Positions 35,976 to 46,832 of a DNA stretch of 46,832 nucleotides are shown in pieces. Made by a program: the position numbers and the translations under genes. Source of the stretch: Paraspadella gotoi. Its lineage: Eukaryota > Animalia > Chaetognatha. A model generated the notes under the pieces. That model was not told the DNA's origin. It did no database searches and saw only the letters and a program-made list of their open reading frames with translations. The DNA is taken from contig CM119270.1 in assembly GCA_051294375.1 (NCBI GenBank), positions 10,326,913 to 10,373,744 on the forward strand. Reading direction: 5' to 3'. The number at the start of each line of letters is the position of its first letter. Position 1 is the stretch's first letter.

Positions 35976-38372
35976 TAGCCCGAGTTAACGCGCGACTTTT
36001 ATAATCGCGACGTGAAAGAGAGAAACCTCCAAGTTTTTTCGTCAAACTTCTTCGTTGGCGTCTTGCCTCATCTGTCATTGGAGTTATGACAAAAGAAGAT
36101 TAGATTTTGACAACTTTCCAGGAGCGAGGGGTTTCTCTCTTTTCCTCTCGCTTTTTTTTTCTATTCTTTGCTTTTCTCTTCCCTTTTTTTCTCTGACTTA
36201 TCATTTCTTTCCCCAGTTTTCCTACCTCCCCCCCCTCTCTCTCTCTCTCTCTCCATCTCTCTCCATCTCTCTTCCATCTTACTTTTTTGAATTTCTTCGG
36301 CGAAAGGCTTAACGGAATCCGAAAGCGGAAATAAGGAAAAAAAGGAAAAGAGGAAAAAATAAAAAAAAACCAAGATTAACTTTTTTAAATTAAAAATAAC
36401 TTTAAAAATGTTTTGTAAGATTTTGTAATATTTTTTTTACAAAAACCTGCAACAACTGCATTTTGACAGTCAAAAGTATCTTCCCTAGAATTATAATAAT
36501 ATTCGAATCCATTAATAATATTTTAAATTTTAAATCTCTTTAAATTCTGATCCCGATTGTCAGTAAAATGGGCGGCTTTTTTTTCTCTAGTAAGACAAAA
36601 CGTGAAGTCCGTACGAACCGTCACAAATTCACGACTTTAAACGTTGAGTTTTCAACAATCGGTTGATTTGTTCGTTTGCCTTTCGGGCGTCGTGCGAGCG
36701 GGCGGAAGGGGCCAGCCAATTGAGACATGGCGTGGCCATCCCTAAGAGAGGCGGGCGGGGGCCCTTATGGAAGGAAGTGGAAGTGGAAACATCGAAAGTC
36801 TAAACATTTTCGCTTTTTCCGAATTTTTTCACTAATCTCGAATCACANNNNNNNNNNNNNNNNNNNNNNNNNNNNNNNNNNNNNNNNNNNNNNNNNNNNN
36901 NNNNNNNNNNNNNNNNNNNNNNNNNNNNNNNNNNNNNNNNNNNNNNNNNNNNNNNNNNNNNNNNNNNNNNNNNNNNNNNNNNNNNNNNNNNNNNNNNNNN
37001 NNNNNNNNNNNNNNNNNNNNNNNNNNNNNNNNNNNNNNNNNNNNNNNNNNNNNNNNNNNNNNNNNNNNNNNNNNNNNNNNNNNNNNNNNNNNNNNNNNNN
37101 NNNNNNNNNNNNNNNNNNNNNNNNNNNNNNNNNNNNNNNNNNNNNNNNNNNNNNNNNNNNNNNNNNNNNNNNNNNNNNNNNNNNNNNNNNNNNNNNNNNN
37201 NNNNNNNNNNNNNNNNNNNNNNNNNNNNNNNNNNNNNNNNNNNNNNNNNNNNNNNNNNNNNNNNNNNNNNNNNNNNNNNNNNNNNNNNNNNNNNNNNNNN
37301 NNNNNNNNNNNNNNNNNNNNNNNNNNNNNNNNNNNNNNNNNNNNNNNNNNNNNNNNNNNNNNNNNNNNNNNNNNNNNNNNNNNNNNNNNNNNNNNNNNNN
37401 NNNNNNNNNNNNNNNNNNNNNNNNNNNNNNNNNNNNNNNNNNNNNNNNNNNNNNNNNNNNNNNNNNNNNNNNNNNNNNNNNNNNNNNNNNNNNNNNNNNN
37501 NNNNNNNNNNNNNNNNNNNNNNNNNNNNNNNNNNNNNNNNNNNNNNNNNNNNNNNNNNNNNNNNNNNNNNNNNNNNNNNNNNNNNNNNNNNNNNNNNNNN
37601 NNNNNNNNNNNNNNNNNNNNNNNNNNNNNNNNNNNNNNNNNNNNNNNNNNNNNNNNNNNNNNNNNNNNNNNNNNNNNNNNNNNNNNNNNNNGAGAGAGAG
37701 AGAGAGAGAGAGAAAAGGAACGCATGCGAGCAAACTCTTTATTTCACTCTCCCCTCATACTCCTTTCCTCACCCACTCTGTCTCTCTCTTTCTCTCTCCC
37801 ATCTCTCCTTTTCTTTTCTTTTTCTCGTTCTCAGCTGCACAGATCCGTCGAAATGATATCCCTCTTTATTGATTGAAATTAAAAGGGAGAGCGAAAGGCT
37901 TGAAAGGTCGTTTTCTTTTAATTACGGCCGTTCGCCAAGGAACTTGGTTGGAAAAAGGTAAAATAGGGAAACGTTGGGGGGGAGGTGGGACAGGAGAAGA
38001 AAAGGGAGAAAATGAAAGAAAAGTGGAAAGTTGGGAAGATGGAATTGGAGAGAAAGGAGAAGGAAAGTGAAATTGAATTAAAAGGGGAAGAGAGGAGGTT
38101 TTTACAGGGAGGATAAGGAGAAAAGGGAGAAAAGAAAACTTCGGCCAAGAAATTGAAGAAGCGTGTCAGTTAGCGAGAGGCTTTCGTTGACTGCAGAAAC
38201 AATGTTGTTTTTTGCAACTAGAGAGTTAAATAGAAAAGATCACGTTTGATTTTTTGAGCAGTCTTCTTGACCGTCTTGCAATCTTCTCCGTGATATGTGT
38301 CATAGTCGCGCACAGTTTGTCAATTGTCATGTTAAGGTTAAACTATCGAGGTCAAATCGAGAAAAAATGGTT

Positions 38373-38404
<32 letters not shown>

Positions 38405-39220
38405 ACCATGAAAACGCCGTCGCTGTCTTCATCGAGAACTGCGGCGAAGCTCGTTTCTCACAGCTGACAATTCGGGTTGTCCAGAAAAAAAANNNNNNNN
38501 NNNNNNNNNNNNNNNNNNNNNNNNNNNNNNNNNNNNNNNNNNNNNNNNNNNNNNNNNNNNNNNNNNNNNNNNNNNNNNNNNNNNNNNNNNNNNNNNNNNN
38601 NNNNNNNNNNNNNNNNNNNNNNNNNNNNNNNNNNNNNNNNNNNNNNNNNNNNNNNNNNNNNCAATCTCCTCCTTTCTTTTCTTTTTTTTCGAAGGAGGCC
38701 GCGTCCCCGGGTCTCAAACTTCCCCCACCTCATTTGTACCTTTTATGGGATATTATCACCATAAATGTCAGAAGAAAATTATAAGCCATAAAAGTAATCG
38801 TCGCTGATGATGTCGCCTTCGCGATGTTCCCTTGTTTTTTATTCTCCTCTTTTTTTTAATACATATTCGGGCTTCGTCTCTCGGCCAATAGGAGATGCGA
38901 ACCGATTTTAACCGACTAATAAGAAACCACAATTAGGTTTTGAATGACGTTAGGGTCTTTAAGACTGATAGCCATTCAGAATCCTCACGTAATGGCCAAT
39001 CAAAACTTATGGTTTAACTTTTTTTGATGAAAAATAAAATACAACGGAGATTCTATTATTTATAAATATTTCTGACATGTGACGAAATCATTCAATAGCG
39101 ATATGTGTTTAAACCGTGATTATTAACGGCATTTTAGTCATTTAAGTAATTTAAATATCATGGTTTTTTCATAATTTGCAAATGAATTGATTAACTCTTT
39201 CATTTTCCTTTTTCCACCAG

Positions 39221-39372
39221 GCGACGGCATGGACAACAGCGTGGGATCGGGAGATGGAACGGGAGAGGAGGACGAAGATGGAAGAGGAGATAAAAAAAGG
39301 CAAAAGAAAAGAGGAATTTTCCCCAAAGTCGCCACGAACATCATGAGGGCGTGGCTCTTCCAACACCTCACG
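39221..39372 (+). CDS. hth: Internal coding exon of a homothorax/Meis (TALE class) homeobox gene: acidic linker plus N-terminal arm and helix 1 of the homeodomain
   Basis: Translates (G)[50 protein letters not shown], the diagnostic MEIS/Hth motif [13 protein letters not shown](M/L)RAWLFQHLT. It is preceded by a polypyrimidine tract and acceptor (ttttcctttttccaccag| ending 39220, phase 1) and followed by a donor ACG|GTAAGT (39373, phase 0). From recall, the junction before HPYP and the GDGxDNS start match the vertebrate MEIS exon structure. Confidence 0.97.
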
Positions 39373-39660
39373 GTAAGTTATAATGAAGAGAAAGAGAGAG
39401 TGAGAGAAACCATGGTTTCCCATTTTTTTCTTTTCATCATCTTTCTCGTCGATATGATAATCATCACAGTCTTCGACATGGACCAGAGTACAATAATGTC
39501 AATAAAATGGATCAGTGAAATTATACAATTTTTTTTCTTCTGTTTTTTGCTTTAACTTCATTGTTTTTGTCCTCATCTCTATCGTCTATACGTGTAACTC
39601 TACTCCTTTCATACGGACCAGAGATGAACTTAGCGGAGAACTGGATCGTGGCACGAATTG

Positions 39661-39788
<128 letters not shown>

Positions 39789-40414
39789 TGGGCCGGGGGA
39801 ATGAGAAAAGAATAAGAATAAAAGGGAATTACTGAGAGTAAAAGAATGAATCTAAAGAGAAAGAGAAAAAAACGAGTGGCCACGTTATTTACTACGGGCG
39901 AGGATGTAAGATTGGGGTAACTGGAAGAGAGGTAATAAAATAGGAGGAGAGAAAAGAGGGAAAGGGGAAATATAAAGAAAGGTGAAGTAAAAAGGAAGCA
40001 ATAAAGCGTAAGGCGACTCTTTTGATTCATGCGCGATCGAGTTTGTTCCGTTGTTTCTCTCGCTTCCCGCGTTTCATTCTGCGCCTCCATTTGTCTCTTT
40101 TGATTCTCTCCATTTCCTTTGCTAAAACAGAAACCAGTTCTTTTGCTTGACCCCCGCGGAAGACCACTTCGGTATCTCTATCTCCATCTTTCAGAAACCT
40201 TTCAGTTTTTTTGTTTGACCAGTTCTTCACTTCTTCTCTGTCTCTATCTGACTTTTACCCGATGACTCTTCCACTCTTCCACTTTAAATATTCCAACTCC
40301 GCGACCCCAAAAAATCTCTCCCTCTTTTCCCCTCAATTTAAAAAACCCACAACCTTTGGTCGATTTCGATTTTCCTTCGTCGAACTACAAGATTTTCCAC
40401 TCTCCGCCTTTTCC

Positions 40415-40506
<92 letters not shown>

Positions 40507-40912
40507 GCTTTTCCTGCCGCTAGATTCGGGGAATTTTTTTTTCTTTTCCTAAAAAATCGAAATGAGAAAATTGTAGGGCGGCTGAGGAGTGAAAGAGAAT
40601 CTCAGAAGTGAAAGAAAGTTTTAGAGGTGAAAGAAAGGTCACGCACAAAATCAAAGAGGTGAAAGTCGTGCTGAAAGAAAAGACTCAAAAAGCTTTGATA
40701 CTGCAAGAGATGTAATTTATAGAGCGAAAAAGAGGCCAATGGGTGAAAAAAAATAATTAAACTTGAGTTTAGGAATTTTTAACATTGAAGCTTAGTCGAT
40801 ATCAATTGTTTTGCATAATATTAACTTAAATAACTTAAACTATATTTTTTCAGTTTTTTCCCACGATATTACGGAGTATTCCGCATTTCTCCAACTCCAT
40901 TCTCTCACTCTT

Positions 40913-40914
<2 letters not shown>

Positions 40915-40951
<37 letters not shown>

Positions 40952-43633
40952 CCGCACTCCTCCGTTCTCCTTCTAAACGCAATCAAAATTTTCGAACAAT
41001 TGAAATGGGCTGAACCTCTTGGCCCTGTGGTGGCGATGGGAAAAGTAGGAAGAGGAGGAAAGGAAAAGGAGGAAAGGAAAGGAAGGGTGCGTGAGAAAAG
41101 TTGGAAGAAGGAAATGATAAAAAGGAGAATGGGAAAAAAGGAAGAAAGTCGACAGTCTGGGAATTCGAGCGGGCAAGTCATGTGTAAAGTCGGCGTCTCC
41201 CCCAATGAAGTCCCTCAACCCAAAAAGGAGAAAAAAAAGAAAAGAAAACCGTGGAATTTTTCCATTTTCTAAGAATTTACGGATAAGTAATGAAAAAAAT
41301 AGAAAAAAGAAAGATTTTTTTCTTTTTTTGGGGTTAAAAAAGGTGAAAAGGCCTTAAATCAATAGGTAAACGAGAAAGGCCCAAAAAATGTAAAAGATAT
41401 TTGAAGACCTAGAATGTCATAAACTATCTTTTTCTCTTTCATAATTATTGCTTCTCTTGAAATTCAGTTATATATCTTTCTAATATATCTTCTCTCTATA
41501 AAATAAAATAATATAATTTTAAAACGTTAATTCTCTTAGTTTTCCCCATAGACGTCGCATACTAAAATTTGTCCGGAGTTAAGTAAAGATCTTCGAGTCT
41601 CTCCCGCTGTTTTCCTATTTTTAAAAAAATGTTTCCCTATTTGGGACCACAAGCATAAAAAAGTACAAGATAGAAATTTCGGGGGAGAAAAAAGAAAAAA
41701 AGAAAAAAAAACATGGAACCCGCTCTCTCGCCAAACTACGCGTTGAAAGTGGGCGTGTCGTTTTATCTGGTTTTTAAAGCCTTTTGATTGGCTGACTCAC
41801 AAGCGGGAGGTCGAACACCGATTGGTTGAAATTTTCCTTTCCAGAACAGCGATTGGTTTACGACAGACATCCTGNNNNNNNNNNNNNNNNNNNNNNNNNN
41901 NNNNNNNNNNNNNNNNNNNNNNNNNNNNNNNNNNNNNNNNNNNNNNNNNNNNNNNNNNNNNNNNNNNNNNNNNNNNNNNNNNNNNNNNNNNNNNNNNNNN
42001 NNNNNNNNNNNNNNNNNNNNNNNNNNNNNNNNNNNNNNNNNNNNNNNNNNNNNNNNNNNNNNNNNNNNNNNNNNNNNNNNNNNNNNNNNNNNNNNNNNNN
42101 NNNNNNNNNNNNNNNNNNNNNNNNNNNNNNNNNNNNNNNNNNNNNNNNNNNNNNNNNNNNNNNNNNNNNNNNNNNNNNNNNNNNNNNNNNNNNNNNNNNN
42201 NNNNNNNNNNNNNNNNNNNNNNNNNNNNNNNNNNNNNNNNNNNNNNNNNNNNNNNNNNNNNNNNNNNNNNNNNNNNNNNNNNNNNNNNNNNNNNNNNNNN
42301 NNNNTTTTTTAGAACCCGTTTGCAGAGTTTTTCTTCCAAAGGCCGTGAGAAATGGATACGAGGGAGAAAAAACCGTTGAAGTTTCCACAAAAGAACAATT
42401 ACTCGGAAATTCTTTTTTTTTCCTTAACTCGGAAACACGGATGCGTCTAGAGCGCGAAAAGAGATCGGCATTTTCTTTGCCCCAACGCTATTTTAAAATT
42501 AATATTATTTTCTAAAGAAAAAAAACAATTTTATCTCCGTGTGTTCGTTTTTCAAAAAGACGAAAAAACTTCAGCTTTTTTTTTTTCCATCTCAGCCTTC
42601 GAGTCTCTCAACTTTGAAGAAAAAAAAATCGAAAAAATATTTTCAATTTCTTTTCGGAACCTAAGCTATTTGCGCGGGCCTCTTTGGCCTTTTGGTAAAA
42701 TGGGGATCTNNNNNNNNNNNNNNNNNNNNNNNNNNNNNNNNNNNNNNNNNNNNNNNNNNNNNNNNNNNNNNNNNNNNNNNNNNNNNNNNNNNNNNNNNNN
42801 NNNNNNNNNNNNNNNNNNNNNNNNNNNNNNNNNNNNNNNNNNNNNNNNNNNNNNNNNNNNNNNNNNNNNNNNNNNNNNNNNNNNNNNNNNNNNNNNNNNN
42901 NNNNNNNNNNNNNNNNNNNNNNNNNNNNNNNNNNNNNNNNNNNNNNNNNNNNNNNNNNNNNNNNNNNNNNNNNNNNNNNNNNNNNNNNNNNNNNNNNNNN
43001 NNNNNNNNNNNNNNNNNNNNNNNNNNNNNNNNNNNNNNNNNNNNNNNNNNNNNNNNNNNNNNNNNNNNNNNNNNNNNNNNNNNNNNNNNNNNNNNNNNNN
43101 NNNNNNNNNNNNNNNNNNNNNNNNNNNNNNNNNNNNNNNNNNNNNNNNNNNNNNNNNNNNNNNNNNNNNNNNNNNNNNNNNNNNNNNNNNNNNNNNNNNN
43201 NNNNNNNNNNNNNNNNNNNNNNNNNNNNNNNNNNNNNNNNNNNNNNNNNNNNNNNNNNNNNNNNNNNNNNNNNNNNNNNNNNNNNNNNNNNNNNNNNNNN
43301 NNNNNNNNNNNNNNNNNNNNNNNNNNNNNNNNNNNNNNNNTCTCTTTCTTTCTCGAAAAGGTGGCTTTCTAACAAAAAAAAAGAAACGTTGAAATTTTAA
43401 AGGGCAGAGCCCAATTTTAGGTTTTCGGGGTTACGCTGCAACAGCAACCCCGAAATGCTGCAGAAACCGTAGCAGCAACAACTGCTGTAAGTGCAGCAGA
43501 ACGGCAGGCGCGGTTCCATCCAAATCCGCCGCTAGCAAAACTATTCCAGGCAACCCCCGGGGCACCATAGACCAAATTTTCTTGAAAGAGTTTTCTTTCG
43601 GCCTCTTCTTTCTTTCCTTCTTTTTTTCTTTTT

Positions 43634-43686
<53 letters not shown>

Positions 43687-44692
43687 TTCTTTCTTTCTTT
43701 CTTTTTCCTACTCTTTTCTCTTTTTTTCATTGCCGACTTTTCCCTTCTCTTTGTTTACTTTTGTTTTATCTATTCTTTTCATACTATGTACATATAACTT
43801 TAATATACTAAAAACCTACAAGATTAAATCTGGGGACGAAAAAAAGTAAACAAAATCGTAAACAAACAAAACAATTCCGAAAAACCAACGAGGTCGGCTT
43901 GGGGGGGCGGAGGAAAGAAAAGAAAGGCGCGACGCTGTTTTGCATCGCGTGAGAAGTTTCTCTCGACTCCTTTGCCCTAATCCTTTTAAGTCCAAAGTTA
44001 ACTTTTGTCCCCTTTTTCCTTTCTTTTTTCTTTTTTTAAAAGAGAGAAGCGAGAGAGAGAGAGAGAAGAGAGAGACGAGACGAACGAGAGAGAGAAGAGC
44101 AGAGAAGAGAGAGAGAGAAGAGGAGGGACCGGAGAGAGAGAGAGAGACCGCATGTTAACGCTAATGAAACACGGGTCTATTTTTAATGCTGCGGCTTTGT
44201 TATCTTTTGTTGCTTTTGAATGGCGATGAAAGCATCAAAGAGGTTTTAGTGAAAGAGAGAGAGAGAGGAGAGAAGAGAGAGAGAGAAAGAGAGAGAGAGA
44301 AGAGAAGAGGAGAAGAGAGAGAGGAGAGAGAGGGGAGAGAGAGAGAGAGAGAGAGAAGAGAGAGAGATCGAACTAAAAGAGAGGAAATGTGGCGGCACGT
44401 TTGGTATAAAGGCATTTCCGTAACGTGAAAGTAGTCAATCTCTTTCAATGCTGCATACTCACCCGTCACATCGCGACCCGAATCCTAACCAACAACCACC
44501 CACGACGCCACGCCCACAATCCCACCTGAAGCAACGGACCCCCGGCTCCCCCCTTTGAAAAACGGAAAAAAGAAGAAGAAGAAGAAGAAGAAAAAGGCGA
44601 AAAGGTGAATTTAAAGTTTCTCAAAATGAAAAGGGAGTGGAAATACCGCCAGCCGATTTCGCTTTTCAATGGCTGCGTATCTCCCCTCAACA

Positions 44693-44725
<33 letters not shown>

Positions 44726-44732
44726 TAGCTTC

Positions 44733-44778
<46 letters not shown>

Positions 44779-46565
44779 ATCGTCCTTCCTCTCTTCTCTC
44801 TCCGTTGCCCCTCCCGAGATCCCATTTTACCAAAAGGGCCAAGAGGCCTACGCGCCAATAGCTTAGGTCCGAAAAGAATTGAAAAATATTTTTTCGATTT
44901 TTTTTCCTTCACAGTTGAGAGACTCGAAGGCTGGAGATGGAAAAAAAAAAAAAAAAGCTGAAGTTTTTTTCGTCGTTTTTTGAAAACGAAACACACGGAG
45001 ATAAAATTGTTTTTTTTCTTTAGAAAATATATATTAAATTTTAAAAAATACGTTGGGGCAAAAGAAAATGCCAGATCTCTTTTCGCGCTCTAGACGCATA
45101 CCGTGTTTCCGAGTTCAAAGGAAAAAAAAAAGATTTCCCGAGTAATTGGTTTCTTTTGTGAACTTCAAAACGGTTTTTTCTCCCTCGTATCCATTTCTCA
45201 CGGCCTTTGGAAGAAAAACTCAAACTCTGCAAAACGGGTTCTAAAAACTCATGGCTCGCTCTCCTCCCTCTCTCCCTCTCTCCCTTCCTTTTCCCTCTCT
45301 CCCTCTCCTTTCCCTCTCTTTCCCTCTCCTTTTCCCCCCTCTCTCCCCCCTCCGCCGTTCTCTTTTGATGCTAGTCGTTAACATTATCCCGCAGTTTGGA
45401 GGCAATTATTGCACCTTGGGATCGCGCGGGGCCATTTTCCTCTCTCTCTCTCTCTCCTCGTCTTCTCTCACGTCTCTCTCTCTCTCTCGTCTTCCTCTCC
45501 TCTCTCGTCTCCATCTCTCTCTCTCCTCTCATCTCTCTCTCTTCTCCTCGCATTTACGTCCTTTGGAAAACCGACCAATACGAAGACAGACTTTGCTCAT
45601 TCTCGTCAATCACGAATCTGACAACCCCCCTCCGTACAGGATGTTTGTCGTAAAACCAATCGCTGTTCTGGAAAGGAAAATTGTCAACCAAATCGTTGTG
45701 ACCTACCGCTTGTTGAGTCAGGAACAATCAAAGCTTTAAAAGAAACCCAGATAAAAACGACACCGGCCCACCTTTCAACGCGGATAGTTTGGGCGAGAAG
45801 AGCGGGTTCCCATGTTTTTTTTTCTTTTTTTTCTCCCCCGAAATTTCTATCTTGTACTTTTTTATGCTTGTGGTCCCAAAATGGGAAACATTTTTTTAAA
45901 AATTAGGAAAACAGCGGACAATTTAAGTATGCGACGTCTATGGGAAAACTAAGAAGAATTAAACGTTTAAAATTATTTTATTTTATAGAGGAGAAGATAT
46001 ATTAGAAAAGATATAAAACTGAAATTTCAAGAGAAGCAATAAATTATGAGAAAGATAAGTTTATGACATTCTAGGTCTTTCAAAATATCTTTTAATTTTT
46101 TGGCCTTTCTCGTTTACCTATTGATTTTAAGGCCTTTTCCACCCTTTTTTAACGCCCCAAAAAAGAAAAAAATCTTTCTTTTTTCTTTTTTATTCATTTA
46201 AACTTTATCCGTAAATTCCTAGAAAATGGATAAATTCCACGTTTTCCTTTCTTTTTTTTCCCTCCTTTTTTGGGTTGAGGGATTCATTGGGGGAGAACGC
46301 CCGACTTTACACAATGACTTGCCCGGCCTCGAATTCCCAGACCTGTCCAATTTCTTCCTTTTTTCCATTCTCCTTTTATCATTTCCTTCTTCCAGACTTT
46401 TCTCACGCAACCCTTCCCTTTCCTTTCCTCCTTTCCTTTCATCCTCCTTCCTAACTTTTCCCCATCGGGCCACCACAGGGCCAAGAGGTTCAGCCATTTC
46501 ATTTATCGAAATTTTGATTGCGTTTAGAGGAGAACGGTAGGAAGTGCGGGAATGGAGAGAGAGAA

Positions 46566-46637
<72 letters not shown>
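40915..46637. repeat. Inverted duplication: 44815-46637 is the reverse complement of about 40915-42709
   Basis: ggctgaacctcttggccctgtggtggc (41008) vs gccaccacagggccaagaggttcagcc (~46469); ggcctttggtaaaatggggatct-like end at 42709 vs agatcccattttaccaaaagggcc (~44817). The inverted copy fills the 41875-42303 gap and ends at a 25-N gap. Confidence 0.9.
41749..41860 (-). promoter_or_regulatory. GC/GT box plus phased inverted CCAAT boxes (putative NF-Y/Sp module)
   Basis: GTGGGCGTGTC at ~41749; GATTGG with ATTGG at 41787, 41821 and 41852 (34 and 31 bp apart). Confidence 0.45.
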
Positions 46638-46832
46638 NNNNNNNNNNNNNNNNNNNNNNNNNGAGAGAGAGAGAGAAGAGGAAGGAATCTCAAGAGAACA
46701 TTCTCTCCCGTTCTTCCCAACTTCCTTTATGCTTCGTCTGTTAAAAGTGGAAAAAAAGAAAGAATATTCACTCTTTTCTTAGAAAAAGAAAAAAACCATC
46801 TTTTCTCCGAAATTCTGTTTGAAAAAAAAAAA

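Overview
Eukaryotic (animal, probably non-insect arthropod-like) draft-scaffold sequence, almost entirely non-coding. It is saturated with (GA/TC)n microsatellites, (GAC/GTC)n runs and CpG-rich patches, and has 17 N-gaps. The only convincing coding feature is one 152-bp internal exon (39221-39372, +) of a homothorax/Meis TALE homeobox gene, with canonical splice sites, so the window most likely represents very large hth/Meis introns. Almost all ORFs in the supplied track are microsatellite or N read-through artefacts. Five kb-scale direct or inverted duplications are present, usually with one indel-riddled copy and a nearby exactly-25-N gap. These look like long-read gap-filling artefacts, although one may record a micro-inversion. 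Real-looking non-coding elements are a DINE-1/Helentron-like non-autonomous element with an internal long palindrome, a tRNA-derived SINE-like element with a string of hairpins, a minisatellite-filled Helitron-like remnant, and arrays of ~32-bp-spaced CCAAT boxes on both sides of the homeobox exon. I found no convincing novel multi-gene system; the findings are modest hypotheses.
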